Shown one piece after another: positions 35,905 through 49,763 of a DNA stretch of 64,000 bases. The notes beneath the pieces were generated by a model, which ran no database searches, was not told where the DNA came from, and worked only from the letters and a program-made list of their open reading frames with translations. The position numbers and the translations under genes are program-made. The stretch lies in contig NW_003314340.1 in assembly GCF_000143415.4 (NCBI RefSeq), positions 424,684-488,683 of the forward strand. Reading direction: 5' to 3'. The stretch is from Selaginella moellendorffii. Taxonomy: Eukaryota; Plantae; Lycopodiophyta. How positions within the stretch are numbered: the stretch's first letter is position 1; every line of letters starts with the position of its first letter.

Positions 35905-36739
35905 ATGGAGTGCGGTTTCAGCGATTGAGGCTCTCGGGATGTTGGCTTTCGTTGGTGGCGTGGACTTGGAGGAGGCAAGCGCGATGGAGGTCCTGTGGCA
36001 GATTGTCATCCACAAAGGCAGTGCTCACGCAGATCAAACTCTTGGTACGAGCAAACCCACACCTCCAGTCAAGGCGGCCGCCATCACGGCTTGGAGTTTG
36101 CTGCTTTCTACGTTGAGCTCCAAGAGAGTCATGGCCCTCCAGCTCCCGAGTGTGTTGGGAGCTCTGTCCTGTTTGCTCGAGGATCCAGATGTAGGTGTTC
36201 GCAAGGCTGCCGGGGAAGCCATTGCTCTTCTCTTCGAAGTTGGCGGCATCCACCTGTTGGAGGAGCAAGCTCTTGGCGAAGGTGGAGCAACGGCAATGGA
36301 GCTGCAGGTGGTGGATCAGATGAAAGCGCTGGCTGCCTCTTCCAGCCGGAAGGGCCAGACGAAGAAAGAAAGATCCGAGCAGAGGAGCAGCTTCAGGGAC
36401 ATGGTGGCGACTCTCCAAGGTGGTGCGTGTCATGAGACTTGTGTCAAGCTCAAGCACGGTGACTCGCTCAAGATCAGTACGTGGAGCCAAACCGTGCAGC
36501 TCAATGCCTTCCGAAGCCTCCTGGGCGAAGGCTTTCAGAGGCACTTGCAGGAAAACGATCTCCTGCACCAAGTGTTCAACTTTGCTCCAAGCAACACTGT
36601 GGTTTACAAGGGGACGGCAAAACAGCAAAAGCATCAGAACTGCATGGCGAGTAAAATGAAGACCCAACTCATGAACCAGAGAAGGTGTGCGCTTGAGGCC
36701 ACTCGAAAGTTTAACGACGGTAGCATTGAAATATGCTAG
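35905..36739 (+). pseudogene. IFRD copy 2 with a 443-bp 5' deletion and frameshift
   Basis: atggagtgcg joins directly to gtttcagcg (copy-1 positions 30702-31144 missing), giving a TGA after 7 codons; a residual 266-aa ORF starts at 35939. Confidence 0.9.
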
Positions 36740-37657
36740 AGGAGTGGAAATCTTTAACATTCAAATGTATCAAACTTAAGATCACTTAAGAGAGAGAACT
36801 AAAACGACTTGTGTATGCTACAAAGATCTCAAGCTGAAAAAATGTCGAGAATTCTACTCGACCTCTTCAAGCGGTTTACTTTTCAGCTTGGCCTTTCTTG
36901 AGCGCTGAAACATTGAGTGCCTCGTTAGCATGTTTACAACTTCTCTCTAGCTTCGTACCCTCCAGGGGAGAAACTTTCTGCTCCTCATTCTGCAGCGCAA
37001 GTGAGAGGAAAACGAAGCCGAGAAGCTTACTCGCAGTACTTGCGGGCGAGACTTTGTAGTGACTGCGTGTTATACCTGTCTTTCATCTTCTCAACGCGTT
37101 TCATCTCCTTGAGTTTCACCAGGTTTTCCTGCCTCTTCTTTCAGCTCTGTATGGCAGCGACATAAGAGCAAAACAGAGCCCCCAATCTTGACTTCCCAAA
37201 CCAAAAACATGCTCAGAATTAAAGTGAGCAAGTGAGAAAGTTGTGCACAAGTGTGGGGGTCTTGAAGGTGATTGGCAGAAGAATGGCAGGCAGGCGTGGA
37301 CTGTGAACAATTTCAAGATGTCGTCCTCTCCCAAAAAAGCCCCCATCTTGGTTTTAATTTCACCTTTAAGCTTTCGGGTGGTAACCAAGATCTTGCTTCG
37401 ATTTTGTATCAAAACGATCCAAAAGATCACTAGATTTCGAGACATTCATTGTCGATTGGACCGATTTTTGGCAAGTTCGTCTTGCTTTGCCTCCACCTGA
37501 GAAGATGCAAGAAGATGTGATAAAGGAACGTAAATGTCACATGATTGACCGCGTGAACATAGTGGTAAGCTTTTGAGAGTAATGAGGCGATCGACCAAAA
37601 CGTAAACACACCCTGCCATATGGTTTAACTACATGGTATTGTTATTTTATTATCGGA

Positions 37658-37874
37658 GCCCGGTTGCCGAGATGATGGCTATCAGGTAAGTGTAGAGGTA
37701 AACCGTTGTAGAAGACCCGGGTTCGATGCCGAAGAGTCCAACCAACAAGGACTTTATGGTAAAGTTTTTTGCTCAATAAGTAGCCCTAGTTCTGGTTTGC
37801 TAGCTCACTAAAAAAGCTTAGACCAATCAGTTGAGGCCTTGGTCTCCCAAACCACAGCTCTCGGGTTCGATTCC
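37658..37874 (+). repeat. Double tRNA-like element, copy 4 (type B, followed by type A flank)
   Basis: Offset +7430 from copy 1. Confidence 0.75.
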
Positions 37875-38129
37875 TCTTTGTAGATAGAATAAAGTCAGGA
37901 ATATTCATGGCCAGATGGTTAACCTAGTTTTCCCCTTGTCTAGCAAGATTGCCCTTGTTTAATGTGTCATCAGCAGCTCTTTCCATGGAACACAAACTTC
38001 TCATGTTTGCTATCTTTCTCCAGGTGAAGTTTAAAAGTAAATTACATTTTTATTAAGCCTCGCCCTCTGCGAGTATAAAAGATCGCAAAGAACTAGGGCT
38101 TTCTCATTCTCCCAGTCAGCAAACGGGCG

Positions 38130-39407
38130 ATGGAGTGCGTTAAGGTGCGATTGTCAAAGAGATTGTCCAAGAAGTGCAAGAGGCATGCCGAAGACAAGGA
38201 GAACAAACTCAAACAACACCACGAGTGTGACACGGAGCATATGGACGACGACTCTTCGTCCACACTCTTGGACTTGGAGGCAATCTTGGATTGTTTGTAC
38301 GAGAAGCGATCCAGCACCCGCGAGGCCGGCTTGAAGGGCATGATCGACGCTTTGGTGGCAAGGGTGATGACCCACTTCGTGGAGGACAAGTATGAAACGT
38401 TGACTCATCAAATCCTATCGTCAATCAAGCGGAGTTCTTCGACAGAGGCTGTTCTTGCGGGGCGTGCTCTGGCCATGGTTTCCATCACCGCGGGAGCAGG
38501 GAAAGTGGCCGAGCACGTATTCGAGGCTAGCTTCCCTCATCTCTCCAAGATTTCCAAGCTCGGACGCGATTCTGCCGCGAGGGTTTCAGCGATTGAGGCT
38601 CTCGGGATGTTGGCTTTCGTTGGTGGCGTGGACTTGGAGGAGGCAAGCGCGATGGAGGTCCTGTGGCAGATTGTCATCCACAAAGGCAGTGCTCACGCAG
38701 ATCAAACTCTTGGTACGAGCAAACCCACACCTCCAGTCAAGGCGGCCGCCATCACGGCTTGGAGTTTGCTGCTTTCTACGTTGAGCTCCAAGAGAGTCAT
38801 GGCCCTCCAGCTCCCGAGTGTGTTGGGAGCTCTGTCCTGTTTGCTCGAGGATCCAGATGTAGGTGTTCGCAAGGCTGCCGGGGAAGCCATTGCTCTTCTC
38901 TTCGAAGTTGGCGGCATCCACCTGTTGGAGGAGCAAGCTCTTGGCGAAGGTGGAGCAACGGCAATGGAGCTGCAGGTGGTGGATCAGATGAAAGCGCTGG
39001 CTGCCTCTTCCAGCCGGAAGGGCCAGACGAAGAAAGAAAGATCCGAGCAGAGGAGCAGCTTCAGGGACATGGTGGCGACTCTCCAAGGTGGTGCGTGTCA
39101 TGAGACTTGTGTCAAGCTCAAGCACGGTGACTCGCTCAAGATCAGTACGTGGAGCCAAACCGTGCAGCTCAATGCCTTCCGAAGGCTCCTGGGCGAAGGC
39201 TTTCAGAGGCACTTGCAGGAAAACGATCTCCTGCACCAAGTGTTCAACTTTGCTCCAAGCAACAGTGTGGTTTACAAGGGGACGGCAAAACAGCAAAAGC
39301 ATCAGAACTGCATGGCGAGTAAAATGAAGACCCAACTCATGAACCAGAGAAGGTGTGCGCTTGAGGCCACTCGAAAGTTTAACGACGGTAGCATTGAAAT
39401 ATGCTAG
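38130..39407 (+). CDS. IFRD/SAT32-like protein, intronless, copy 3
   Basis: 425 aa; five amino-acid differences from copy 1. Confidence 0.92.
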   Translation: MECVKVRLSKRLSKKCKRHAEDKENKLKQHHECDTEHMDDDSSSTLLDLEAILDCLYEKRSSTREAGLKGMIDALVARVMTHFVEDKYETLTHQILSSIKRSSSTEAVLAGRALAMVSITAGAGKVAEHVFEASFPHLSKISKLGRDSAARVSAIEALGMLAFVGGVDLEEASAMEVLWQIVIHKGSAHADQTLGTSKPTPPVKAAAITAWSLLLSTLSSKRVMALQLPSVLGALSCLLEDPDVGVRKAAGEAIALLFEVGGIHLLEEQALGEGGATAMELQVVDQMKALAASSSRKGQTKKERSEQRSSFRDMVATLQGGACHETCVKLKHGDSLKISTWSQTVQLNAFRRLLGEGFQRHLQENDLLHQVFNFAPSNSVVYKGTAKQQKHQNCMASKMKTQLMNQRRCALEATRKFNDGSIEIC

Positions 39408-40599
39408 AGGAGTGGAAATCTTTAACATTCAAATGCATCATACTTAGGATCACACGAGAAAGAGTTAGTTACTAAATCAAAAAATTACTTGCTGAAAAAA
39501 TCTTGAGAATTCTAACTCTACCTCTCCAAGCGGTTTAGCTTTCAACTTGGCCTTTCTTGAGTGCTGAACATTGAGTGCCTCGTTATTACAACTTCTCTCT
39601 CGCTTCACACCCTCCACGGGTGAAACCTTCTGCTCCTCATTCCGCAGCGCAAGTGAGAGGAAAACGAAGCCGACAAGCTCGAGTGACTCCATTCGAACCA
39701 ACTATTTTCTTTCTTTGTTCGAGCGATTCGATTCACTATTATTGAGGAACTCTGTTGCAAAGAGAAGAAAGTTACTATATATCTAAACCATGTCAGAAAA
39801 GTGTAAAAAATAATCCATGCAAGTTGATGGGACCACGGCTTAAAGATTTTAAATCGCAGTACTTGTGCAGTACTTGTGGACCAGACTTTGTAGTGAATGC
39901 GTGTTATACTTCAACGCATTTCATCTCATCATCCCCAAGAGTTTCACCCTGTTTCCTCGCCTCTTCTTTCATCTCCGTATGCCAGCGGCGCAAGTGCTTG
40001 AAGGCTGGCCCCTGTTAGGTCACTGGAAAAAGAGACTCAGTAGTTCTTCCACCTCCTCGCCAGTTGTCCAAGTCCTTTCCAATTTCCTTCAAAAGCTCTT
40101 CGCATCTTCCGTATCTCCATCTTTTTCTACTTCTGCTTCTCTTTTTTCAAGTTTGGTTGATCAATGCCTGCTGGTTTATGCTTCACGGCACCACTATTGC
40201 TGCTGTCTCTTGCGGATTACAATTAGCAAACATTAGGAAACAAAATCTCATCGACTTACAGCGCTCCATTATCCAGTGCAGTCTGGTTGTTTGTGATACT
40301 CAGAACGGTGCTGGCTTTGGACTTTTCACGTTGGGCAGCCACATTTTAGGTGCCGTGATCAATCATTCTTGACACAACAGGAAAATCCATGCCCGAGTCT
40401 CGTACTGGATCTCCGCATCGTAGAGAAGTAGGATCATGCTGGATATCATGCCCCAACTTGAGTCTCTGCAGTACCTGTTGTTCCTCATCAAGGAGTAGCA
40501 GTTGATCATTGAGTTTGCTCAAATCGTTTTCGAGTGCTTGACGAGCCACTCAATGATTACTTCGATGTTGGTAGAGTTCTTGCGCGAGATCATGTAGCA

Positions 40600-41330
40600 C
40601 ATAACCCCAATCTTGTCTGCCTGCCAATCACCTTCAGAAGGCCCCCACCCGTGTCCACAACTTTCTCTTGACCCTGAACATGTTTTTGGTTTGGGAAGGC
40701 ACAATTTCAAGCTAAAAGCCTCATCTCACCTATCCTTTCAAGCATATCAAATTTTCAGGTGGTGACGAAGATCTTGCTTTGCACCACATTAAACAGATCC
40801 AAAAGATCGCCAGATTTCCAGACATCATCCAACACCAGCAAGCACCTCTTCCCTGCCAGCCCCCTCCTCAATGTTTCATTGCTGACACGATCTTCTAGTC
40901 TGATTTGTCTGGCATGTTCGTCTTGCTTTGCTTCCCATAGTAAGTAATGTGTCGAACATTGCTTAAGCTGTGATAAGGAACATACGCGACACGACTGACC
41001 GAATGTTGGCCACAAAACTGGAGCCTTCACTTGGTCGTTGTCACATATGCGTTTGGCCAAGAGTGTTTTTCCAGCACCTCTTACTCCATGGACTCCGATC
41101 CACTTGCTGGTTACAGGGGATCTCAGCAAGTCCGATACAACCTGCTCCCATCTCTTCCATGCCAAAAGTGTGGCCATCCGAGTAACAACATGCTCTTCTT
41201 CCTTTAGAACCACATGAGATGGTACCTTCTTCAACGTAACTCTGTTCAGAAGCTCAACCCCCAAGATTTCGAGGAGCTGCAGCCAAGTGCCCTTCAATTG
41301 CCTTGGAGGAGTGGTCAATCTTGGTAGCAA
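40600..41330 (-). pseudogene. Truncated NB-ARC (STAND) domain
   Basis: P-loop WIGVHGVRGAGKTLLA, kinase-2 CLLVLDDVW and RNBS-B SKIFVTT followed by a stop. Confidence 0.8.
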
Positions 41331-41776
41331 GTGCTATCCTGGAACAAAATCAGAACTCAATCAGGCAAGAGGAGCACAACACTAGCCAACCTTTTTGGGA
41401 AATCTAGAATGGGTGTTTGTAGAGATTGGCACTCGAGAACAAGAGGTTTAGCCTTTGCGACCTTACTTTTGAGTTTCAGCCAGGTGTCCAAGCGTGAGGA
41501 GCTCAGAGCCTTCAGTAGCAGAATTCACGAGCAGAGCCGATGCTTTCAAGGAATCTTCCAACTCGATGCAGTGCTCCTTGCAATGAATGGCAGACCTTGG
41601 AAAGCCCAATCATCACTTCATTGACAGCTGCAGAAACAAGCGCACTCAGCACACCGGTGGGATCAAGGTACAGGCCGGTCAACCTTTGTCTAAGAAAGTC
41701 AGCAATTCGGTCAACGGTCTCGAAGTTTAATAAGAGCTTTGAGCTAATTAGCGCTTAGGGTTTTGGCGCAGGAACG

Positions 41777-42541
41777 ATGCATTCGTTCCTGTTGAGAGGG
41801 AATGCGGTGCTCACCTTCGCGCTCACGGTCCTGGCCGTGGCTTGCGTCTTGGCATCGCTCACCGACACGCTCCACTCCTCCAAACCCGAGGTTAATGTCG
41901 AGGTATGGGATCGTGGTTTTGTTTGCGCTTCGATTTTTTGGCTCACGGATCCATTTCTGGCTGGATCGGCTGGCTTGTAGATCTTGAGCGTGGATGCGTT
42001 CGGCAGGAACCCCGGCGGCAATGACGAGGTTGTTTTGACACTGCACATATCGGCCGACCTTCAATCGGTCTTTACATGGAACACAAAGCAGGTGTTTTGA
42101 TTTTTCTTTGTTTGTTCTCCCATCTTTGTGTTGGGTTTTTTGTCTTGCTAGCTCTTCGTGTTTCTGGCGGCCGAGTATGAGAGCTCCAAGAACGTCTTGA
42201 ACCAGGTAAGAGATCTTCCTACAAGTGTTTAGTTGAGATTTCCAAGCTCGGCTGGGTTTCCTCTCTTGCGCAGATTTCTATCTGGGATTCGATCATCCAA
42301 TCCAAGGAAGACGCGAAGATTCATCGAAGAACTCGCAACAAGTACTCCTTCGTCGATCAGGTGACAAAAGAAAAGAAAACATCCCCCAAAACAGTGGATT
42401 TGATTTTTTTTCCAGGGAAGCAATCTCCGCGGCAAGGATTTTAACCTGACACTGCACTGGAACATCATGCCCGTAACCGGTGCAATGTTTTCCGAGAAGA
42501 GAGTGCTCACAGGCTTCCGCCTCCCTAAGAATTACATGTAA
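41777..42541 (+). CDS. SPCS3: Signal peptidase complex subunit 3 (SPC22/23)
   Basis: [28 protein letters not shown]|[35 protein letters not shown]. Confidence 0.95.
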
Positions 42542-43133
42542 GCTCATTAATCTCTCTGTTTTGGACTACACATTAAGAGACTATGAACGAAATAATTGGC
42601 CCTTTTTTGCTTAAAATCTTTTTTAGAGCCTAATATATACATAAATAAAGCTGTAGAGTGGTAATGAATATACTTTAAATATATTTAAATATTCTGGGAT
42701 ATTTTACAATTTAACAGTTATTATTTATTTAGATTAATTTTGTATTTATGATTTATAAACATATTTATAATTTACAAACTTTCTTTCTTTAAACACTTTC
42801 TAGTATATTCTAGTTTATTCTACCATTTAATAGTTAATTTGCAATAAAATTAATCTTACATTTATAAATTATAAACATGTTTATAATTATATGATCAATT
42901 GGATTAATTAATAGAAATAACACTACTAAAGTGCTGTTGCATGCAAATTATTATATTAGTGTTATTAACCAATCACATTCAAAATATTTATGGCAGACAA
43001 AAAAATTCATTATTATATTTTAGCAGGTTCTCAAATTATTAGGTTACAAATTTATGTTTCTTTTAATTGGTCCCGATAACCGTTAGTTTAAAAGCATATT
43101 CTAAAATATTACTAATATATGGCGTACACGTCA

Positions 43134-43173
43134 TTTTGGCGCCAAGAGATGCTTAATCTTTTGGCGCCAAGAG
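43134..43173. promoter_or_regulatory. Two direct copies of an E2F-like site, TTTTGGCGCCAAGAG
   Basis: The 15-mer occurs at 43134 and 43159, about 130-170 bp upstream of the tubulin ATG. Confidence 0.55.
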
Positions 43174-43305
43174 TCGTCCCGCTTACACTCTCCTGGGGAG
43201 TGCTTTTTTAGAGCCCGAATTTTGTCCAAAGTGCTGCAGGACTCTCTGCTTCACCCAGTGAGTCGTTGCACGTCAAGATCAACAGCACCATAGCAGCAGG
43301 ACAAG

Positions 43306-44830
<1,525 letters not shown>

Positions 44831-45904
44831 ATAACCAAACGCAGGCGCTGTAATTTTTACGAGACAGATAAAGATGCATTCACCGCCTGTATGTCTGTGT
44901 CTGCGTGTGTGTGTGTGCAAACCCGCAGGTGGAAGACGAACAGTATCCTGGAAACAGCAACTCGTCAAGTTGGCTCTAATAAGGCGTTTACCCTTGGCAT
45001 TTTTGACATTTTTTTCATTTCCCTTTGTTATGAATGGCTGACTTCGAAGCGCAACACTACGTTGACCCGTGGGATAAAGATTGGCCATGACTGCATTTGC
45101 TACATACTGCCAAATTTACATGCAAACGTTGAGCGTTAGCCACACGTCACGAACAACAACAGGCCGGTGACATAATCCGGTTCAAGCACACCTAAAACCA
45201 AGTTTTATAAAAGCTTTGGGTTTTAGGAGCACAAACATGGCATAATAATTTAGATCCCTCAATCTAGCCCTTTAACGAATCAGGGTCTGCGAGGAATATC
45301 TGTTTTTATTTTTTCTTGCAAAGTGATCCATAAATTATGACAAATGTTATAGCTAAATGTTAAAAAGATTAAGATTTTATCAACAATTTCAATTTACATC
45401 CCCAGTCAAATACAGAATATTAAGATCATTGATAAAGTATCTACCATTAGCTATCTAGTGGTTGCAGGTGTGTTTATAAATGCTAGATTTTTTTTATAAT
45501 TTATAAACTTTTTTAAATAGCCAATCACACAACAATACACCATCTTAGTGCAATTGTAACACCGTATAATTATAATTGTCAAGTTTCTAATGATCTGCAC
45601 CTTGCTCTTACCTGCAGGACAAGAAAGCCATATCCTTCCAACCACAAACTTAACTTATTCTAGAGTTTTTTTTAGTTTTATTTCGTAAATTTTAAATTTT
45701 ACTATTTTTTAATTAAAAACAATAAACAGGTATACAATAAAAGAAAGCAAAAGAACACGAAGTAATTGAAAATAATGTAAAAATAAAAAGAACAAGTAAA
45801 AAAGTAGCAGAACATTGACATAAAATAAATTGCATAATTTAAATTATTAATTTGTTTGGGACATTATTTAAAATTTAGATACGTACAAATACTTTATCAT
45901 CAGC

Positions 45905-46240
45905 CTTGGAAACGAGGTTATCTCTTTTATGGTCCACCTGGGACAGGCAAGTCTAGTCTCGTAGCATCTATATTATCTGGGATTTATGGTAATTAAGAAC
46001 TCTGAGGACATTGACTTCTCGGTTGACTTATAAAGGTCAACACAAGGGAGGTGGTCCAGTTCTCAACTTTTGCTGAGTGACAGTGGCGATGTGAAGATAT
46101 TCATTTTCACAAGTAACCATCCGGAAAATCTTGACCCTGCTCTGCTTCACAGTGATCGTATGGATCTCCAAGGGCACCTCACGTACTGTAGGTTTGAGGC
46201 GCTCGAGGCGCTCATGAAAAACTACATCTCCCAGCACAGG
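45905..46240 (+). pseudogene. Plant BCS1-like AAA-ATPase fragment
   Basis: WKRGYLFYGPPGTGKSSL, EDID and IFIFTSNHPENLDPALL..RMD..LTYC, with deletions and frameshifts. Confidence 0.85.
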
Positions 46241-46435
46241 AGAAGAAAAAAAACAGAATAAAGAAATATAAGTTAAAGAGAAGTTAAAAGGAAAGTATAA
46301 TATGGAACCTAACCCTTTTTATTCGAATTTCATTTCTTTCCTCGATACAAATATATATACATATATATATTTGTTTCGTTTGATACAGAACGGATTTTTT
46401 TTTTTCTCCTTTCCTCGTGTTATTGTTTTTCCATC

Positions 46436-49124
46436 TCATTGCATATAATAGACAGGCCCTGGCATTCCAAACGGTTGAGCGCCTCCATATTGCATTGGCG
46501 GAGGAGCAAAGTGTGAAGGCTGAGAGAAAGCACCTGGCATTGGCCCCGCCATTGGAGGTGGCGGCATTTGCTGCTGTGGAGGCATGGGTGCCGGCGGGGC
46601 GCTGTAAGCCATGGCGGGCATCATCGCTTGCATCTCCGGGACGCCCTGTGTGTGATCCCATGCCGCGTACGCCGTGTACTCGGCACCCCCGGGAGAGGTG
46701 GCCGGGGCCTTTCCCAGCACCGATGGCGATTGAGAGGAAGTGTAGTCTCGGCTCCGGTCGTTGTTAACCTGTGAGGAAGGACTTAGAAAACGAGCTCTAC
46801 CAGCGAAAAAGCTTTCTTAGCTTTTGCGAGACTGCTTACCCGTACCTTTACATTCAGGTCTGTGTGCCGGGAGTAAGAAAGGTGTAGCTTGCAGTATCCA
46901 CCTTCGTATATACAGTGGCCCTCCAGGGCCTCTTTGGCTGCCACTGCCGTGGTTACGTCTGGAAGAACAAGCTTTCGTTAGCTATGAGCCTTCAAGGAAA
47001 AAACTATGCACGCATCAATCGTACCAGCATATTGTATCAACGCTTGGAAGCCAGCGTTCTTCTCGAAGATAGCGATCTTTTGGATGGGACCAAAGGCGGC
47101 AAATACCTGCGGACAGAGAGCACAGCACACGGAGAGTTAGTGCCTCCCAGTCGTTTGAGTGTAAACAGCAAAGTATCTACGACAAAAAATAAAAACCCAG
47201 GCAAGAATACCGTGTGCAAGACATCAATCGTGACTGAATATTGCATATTTTCTATCGAAGCAAGTAAGACATTACTTTCAGGTTCCTTCCTCTTGCCATC
47301 AGGTCCAGTAGTGTATTCCTGCAAGAAAATCGAGTCGCATTAGGAAAGAAGAGATTTTTCGAGGCTCTTACCTGGCTAATACCATTGATCGCTGATGGAG
47401 CAACGGGTAAATAAGGATTTGTGTAGTCCCTGGAGTTAGAAAAGGAAAAAAAGAAAAGAAAAATGAGAATGGGTTGAGAATAACCTGGTGCTACCTGCTG
47501 CGGTGACTCTGAAATTTTACATTCAAATCAGTATGAGCAGAGAACGAAATACGAAGATGGCAAGAGCCGACGTGTTCTGGAAGTAAATATCTGAAAGACA
47601 AAGAAGTGTTAGTAAACGAGCACCAATATCTGGGCTGCCTACCTAGGAATGCTTCGCCCGTCTAGAGCTTGTCTAGCAGCAGATGCAGTGTTTGCATCAC
47701 TAAACTGTACCAAAGCCTACAAACTCGAGCAGGTCAGAAGCTGGGCAGGAGAACAAGATAATTACCTGAAAACCAGCAGTTTTCTCAAACGTTGCTATCT
47801 TATGGACAAATCCGAATGCTGAAAATACCTGCGTTCAATCAAAGTAAACGTTTTTAGGAACAGAAGTCTCAAGAGCTCGTCCAAACCAGCCAAAGCAGCC
47901 ACAATTCAAAACTACATGCAGGAAATCAAACGAAAACAAATAAATGCTGCCTATCCTGCAGAATGGAAAACATCCAGCAGCTCGTAGCCAAATACGATTC
48001 CTGAGCTAAAGTCCTCCAGGCTAAAGAAAGTAGAAAGCGAGCAAAGGAGAAAAGCGAAAGCCAAATAGGATGGAAGGAAAAAGAAATAATCACGAACTAT
48101 GAGCTTTTAATGGTTGGAAAAAACTAGTAGGGGTCGAGAGAGCAGGGATCGAAAACGAACACACATGCGCTTTCTCCCATGCAGCAACCTGCCATCGAGG
48201 GTGCAGCCGTGACATGGACCGGGCAATCCATGTATCGTTACGTCAAACACCCAAACCAAGCATAAAACAACCCATTAAACGACCTGCAATTAAAAATAAT
48301 GAAGGAGCTGAAAACCAAAACGTGAAAGTGTATAGACGTGTGACCAAATCGAAAACGAGCTTGCAAAAGTGAGAGTGACAAAAGAAAAAGAAATAAAAAC
48401 AAGCCACAAAACATAGACTTACCAAGTGTAAGACGTCAATGCTCACGTCGCCAGCCTCCACGCCCTCAATGGTAACGAGCAAAACGTTGCTGGCAACGTC
48501 ACCGGTGTTCTTGCTGTTTACAATCTCCTGCCGGTTGGAGTACTGTAAGTACACAGTCTTCCCCCTCACTTGCGCTGGCTCCGACGACGAGGCGTAGAAG
48601 GAGACCATCGCAATCGCTTGGTTTAAATCGGCCTACAACAAGAGATATAGCTTAGCAGTTCGTAAATCAAAACAGTTTCTAAAGAAGAAGAACGAGGCAA
48701 GCAAAGTATACAAGACCACCTTTGCCAGAAAAGTCACGAGAAGAACCAGCAGTAGCAGTGAAAGCAAGCACAAGGTATCAAAGAAGCTCGTTTGTCACAA
48801 AGATCATGGACCAGCTAGCTTAATTTTCAAAAGAAAACAAAACCAAGCAAGCAATTCATGGTGCTGGAGGAAAAAAATCTCCAAGAAAAAATCCGAAAAC
48901 AAAGCAAACCAAGCAAAAGGGAATGGAGGCGAGCTTACGAATTCCACGAATGCCTGGTTCCGGTTGGTTCCCACATTGCATTTGGTATTGACGACCTTGC
49001 CAAACATCTTGCACAGTTCGATGAGCTCCTCCTCGGTACACTCCCACGGCAAGTTCCGGATGTGCAAGACCTTGGACGGGGGCTGTGTGTATCGAAACTG
49101 GGGCTGGCTGGCTGTGGAAGTCAT
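46436..49124 (-). CDS. PTB: Polypyrimidine tract-binding protein, PTB1/2 clade
   Basis: QPQFRYTQPPSKVLHIRNLPWEC, SNVLLVTIEGVEAGDVSIDVLHL, HTDLNVKFQSHRSRDYT. Confidence 0.95.
48165..48283 (-). other. Putative PTC-containing cassette (poison) exon in PTB intron 2
   Basis: TTGCAG|GTCGTTTAA...GCGCAT|GTGTGT, flanked by pyrimidine-rich tracts; in-frame TAA at the third codon. Confidence 0.65.
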
Positions 49125-49763
49125 GCTTGCTCACTCAAACCCTAACGGAATGCTGCCTAGAAGCCCCGGCCTGGAATTCCAGCCATTACCAGCAGCGAAA
49201 TTCGATGCCGAGCGATCAGAATATCGCGGCAATCAGCGCCCGGCCAGCAGAGGAGGAGCTATCCGCGACGGTGCCGATGGCGACGACGAGATCCTCAGCA
49301 CTCGCAAGCGCCGGAGTACGGCAAGCTGGATCATCAAGTCCCGATCGCTGGCGCCCTAGTGATTCCTCCTTCCCTAGCGAGAGGCGTGCCACCGAGAGAG
49401 GGAAGGAGGAGAGAGAAAGAGAGAGGAAGAGAGAAAATGAGAGAATGAGAGGAGAGAGAGAGACAGTTTTAGGGCTTGTAGCGATAGGGCTGTGCTTGTT
49501 GTATGGAGAAGTTACCACTCATTCCGTTGCGTGTTCGATCCTCGTGGCCATTTTTCTATCTCTGGGAGGAAAGAAAGAGTTCGTGGTTCGATTCTCATCC
49601 CGCCGCTCATAATCAGTCAGCGAGGGTTGACATGTCAACGATAGTCAACGCCATTGCGAACGATCTCTATTGAAATATCTAAATGATCCAAAAGAAACAT
49701 CGGTCAATGAGCTTTGATTGGAAATCCACACGCCGAGAATGCGAGAAATCTTCTTTCAAGTCT

